From Corallochytrium limacisporum Hawaii (lineage: Eukaryota > Protista > Pluriformea), in NCBI GenBank assembly GCA_002811645.1, contig PDIP01000062.1, positions 1-32,766 of the forward strand: a stretch of DNA of 32,766 nucleotides. Direction: 5' to 3'. The notes under the pieces were generated by a model. It searched no databases. It saw only the letters and a program-made list of their open reading frames with translations, and was not told where the DNA came from. Within the stretch, counting starts at the first letter, position 1; every line of letters starts with the position of its first letter. This document shows positions 31,701 through 32,766 of the stretch, piece after piece. The position numbers and the translations under genes were made by a program.

Positions 31701-32084
31701 GGAGAGCACAATCTGAGTCTCACCTGTCTTCACTGTGACGTAAACCATAAGCACGCGACGGTCTGCCAACAGGGCCCGCTTTAGGCTGGCCGCGCAACCG
31801 CGGCATGCAATGCCCTTTACGATCCAGCGGAGAGTCTGTTCTGGCCCGACTTCGGGGTACTTTGCATAAGTAAGCCGCTTGGGGTCGACTTCCTGTGTGC
31901 TGCATGGACAGGACTTGCGACAAGGGCACTGGTCAAACGTGTAGAGGAGCTTGCCATCAGCGTCCCGGGGCATGAACTGGCTACAGTTGCAATTTCCCGT
32001 CGTGCCACATTCGCACATAGTCTTTACCTTATCCTTTACTTCCTCCGCACTCGGAGTGTTGTTATCTGTAGATTTTGGTGTCAT
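28728..32084 (-). CDS. ATP7: Copper-transporting P1B-1 ATPase (ATP7A/B, CCC2, HMA5 family), 1118 aa
   Basis: HMA motifs GIACRGC and GMTCGSC, NMDVLV, YFETSALLI.FVLLGKYIE, DESMITGES, ACPCALGLATPT, phosphorylation site DKTGT, SEHPLG, TGDN, GDGVNDSPALA, and the Cu(I) signature residues YN (FIYN) and MALSS. Confidence 0.97.
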   Translation of the reverse strand: MTPKSTDNNTPSAEEVKDKVKTMCECGTTGNCNCSQFMPRDADGKLLYTFDQCPCRKSCPCSTQEVDPKRLTYAKYPEVGPEQTLRWIVKGIACRGCAASLKRALLADRRVLMVYVTVKTGETQIVLSVPKTREIFESLQKRAESAGFDLAHTNELPAGTAVVDIDSLESDRKGDGDEWAKEYITSVYNIGGMTCGSCVKSLEEGAMKIKGVHEVKVSLVMERMVVKHNIDPEVLREEIEDLGYDAELAMEAKDTIIILDIEELKTFDAEKRSDTWNYLQHCLNNLTGVKAFRVIDGLAEEDSSAKEKMVMDMVQNDADGRKKKSAKNLEPPFALEALYDQHLIGGRDILHALENYRLPGSDEILIHASLSKDQTAEREAAAKARKLHRRKVELIWGWALAIPILFISMLFGEIPATDEKLRSAVGPFEVKTVVLFILATPVQFYIGRRFYTGAWGALRHGYANMDVLVVLGSTAAYLYSIISMILGAIEPTYEVHDYFETSALLIMFVLLGKYIEHKARNRTGDAISKLMDLGAKEATVLNMNPKTAEVISEEEIPVELLQINDIVKVVPGGKVPSDGVVQRGVSHIDESMITGESIPVLKQKGDRVVGGSVNQEGMLQVRIEAVGSEMAISQIKTLIQDAQASKAPIADMADKISGVFVPIVVVIALVTFVIWISLASTVIPQDWIPHSLDPFTFALLFFISVLVIACPCALGLATPTAIMVGTSIAAREGVLIRGGEPLEKAHRVNAIIFDKTGTLTHGTPEVTDWVKFPVKDDNGNFAELDDTFLYDAAGSLESGSEHPLGRAIADHCKEQEGTRVAVDRVADYDAVAGRGITGVFESTHVHIGNRKFLLENDIAISEEVERIMVQLENEGKTAMLMAVSYQTAGIIAVADTIREESAGVVATLRKQGMEIWMITGDNRRTAEAVAKQAGIDNVFAEVMPEDKSNKVKELQSQGKVVAMVGDGVNDSPALAQADAGMAIGAGTDVAIEAADIVLMKSNLTDVVIALDVSSKTYRRIIVNFSWAFIYNTLAIPLAAGVLFPATKVMMPPYVAAAAMALSSISVVCSALLFQVTYRVPDREAIANAAPPQSSALPKSDDQCQMVIDDDHSGKALVA

Positions 32085-32256
32085 GTTGTGATTGTTTTAT
32101 GTATGAATGATACTACGTTGAATATACGAACACTTGTTCCTTGGGTCATGATGGGTACCATGGATTCTTTAAATACGTTTCGTCCATACGTCACACGAAG
32201 CGTTCGAAGGATTGCCGGCGGGCCCCATTCCACAGTCCATACCATAATACTTTCAA

Positions 32257-32499
32257 TGCGCACCTGTACGCATGTGGAGTTATCCTCGTCAGCAGATCCG
32301 CTGTGACGGCTTCATTAACTTGTCAGTTCCAAGTTGCGCACAGGTCGGAGACAGAGTATCGTGCCACCAACAATTGCAATGCTAGTGCCCATATCACCGC
32401 CCGCCCGACACACTCGATCGCGACCGACTATTGAGAGCCAGCGATCGCGAACAGGGCCCTGAGCACTTGGGCCGCAGGGAACCCGATAGGTGTGCGCTC
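32257..32499. promoter_or_regulatory. Three metal-response-element core matches (TGCRCNC) upstream of the Cu-ATPase
   Basis: TGCGCAC at 32257-32263, TGCGCAC at 32335-32341 and TGCGCTC at 32493-32499; same orientation, about 170-415 bp upstream of the ATG. Confidence 0.4.
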
Positions 32500-32674
32500 C
32501 CTCCTCACCACCGGCTCCCGGTAATGAATGTTCGGGAAATTTCACGGACATTGTGAAATATACGTCCCCCCCCCACTCCGCTTTCTAAACTTGTCCGCCC
32601 CGCGCGATCTTTTTCTCCACCGTCCCTTCGCGCAGAGCGAGAGAGTGTGTGTGGTTCCCCCGTTCCCGCTCCGG

Positions 32675-32766
32675 TCTCTCTCCCCCCCCCTTCTCCCTCT
32701 CCCTCTCCCTCTCTCTCCCCTCCCTTCTCCCTCTCCCTCTCCCTCTCTCTCTCCCCCCTCTCTCTC
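32675..32766 (+). repeat. C/CT-rich polypyrimidine tract (GA-rich on the ATPase sense strand)
   Basis: Exclusively C and T to the end of the window. Confidence 0.9.

Overview
Eukaryotic genomic scaffold (about 50% GC, microsatellites, two N-gaps) with five convincing protein-coding genes, each one uninterrupted ORF. (1) A type II membrane GT92/DUF23-like glycosyltransferase homolog with a degenerate DxD motif (1313-3676, +). (2, 3) Two tandem, same-strand paralogs with Ser-rich N-termini and a C-terminal Erf4/GOLGA7-like domain (4140-5189 and 8431-9246, -); a higher-order tandem repeat lies between them (6441-6678). (4) A 2090-aa type I membrane protein (17540-23812, -): signal peptide, a long Cys/Trp-rich region interrupted by acidic tracts and polybasic-flanked basic spacers, four bacterial-style Ig-like repeats, a TM helix and a short tail. 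(5) An ATP7/CCC2-type P1B-1 copper ATPase with a metallothionein-like N-terminal extension (28728-32084, -) and three MRE-core motifs upstream. Two well-formed hairpins lie in the intergenic DNA (10245-10318; 16807-16902, pri-miRNA-like). The best candidate for an undescribed system is the giant, probably convertase-processed, chimeric surface protein next to the Cu-ATPase. No rRNA, tRNA, CRISPR array or recognisable transposase was found. All family calls come from motif recognition by eye, not database searches.
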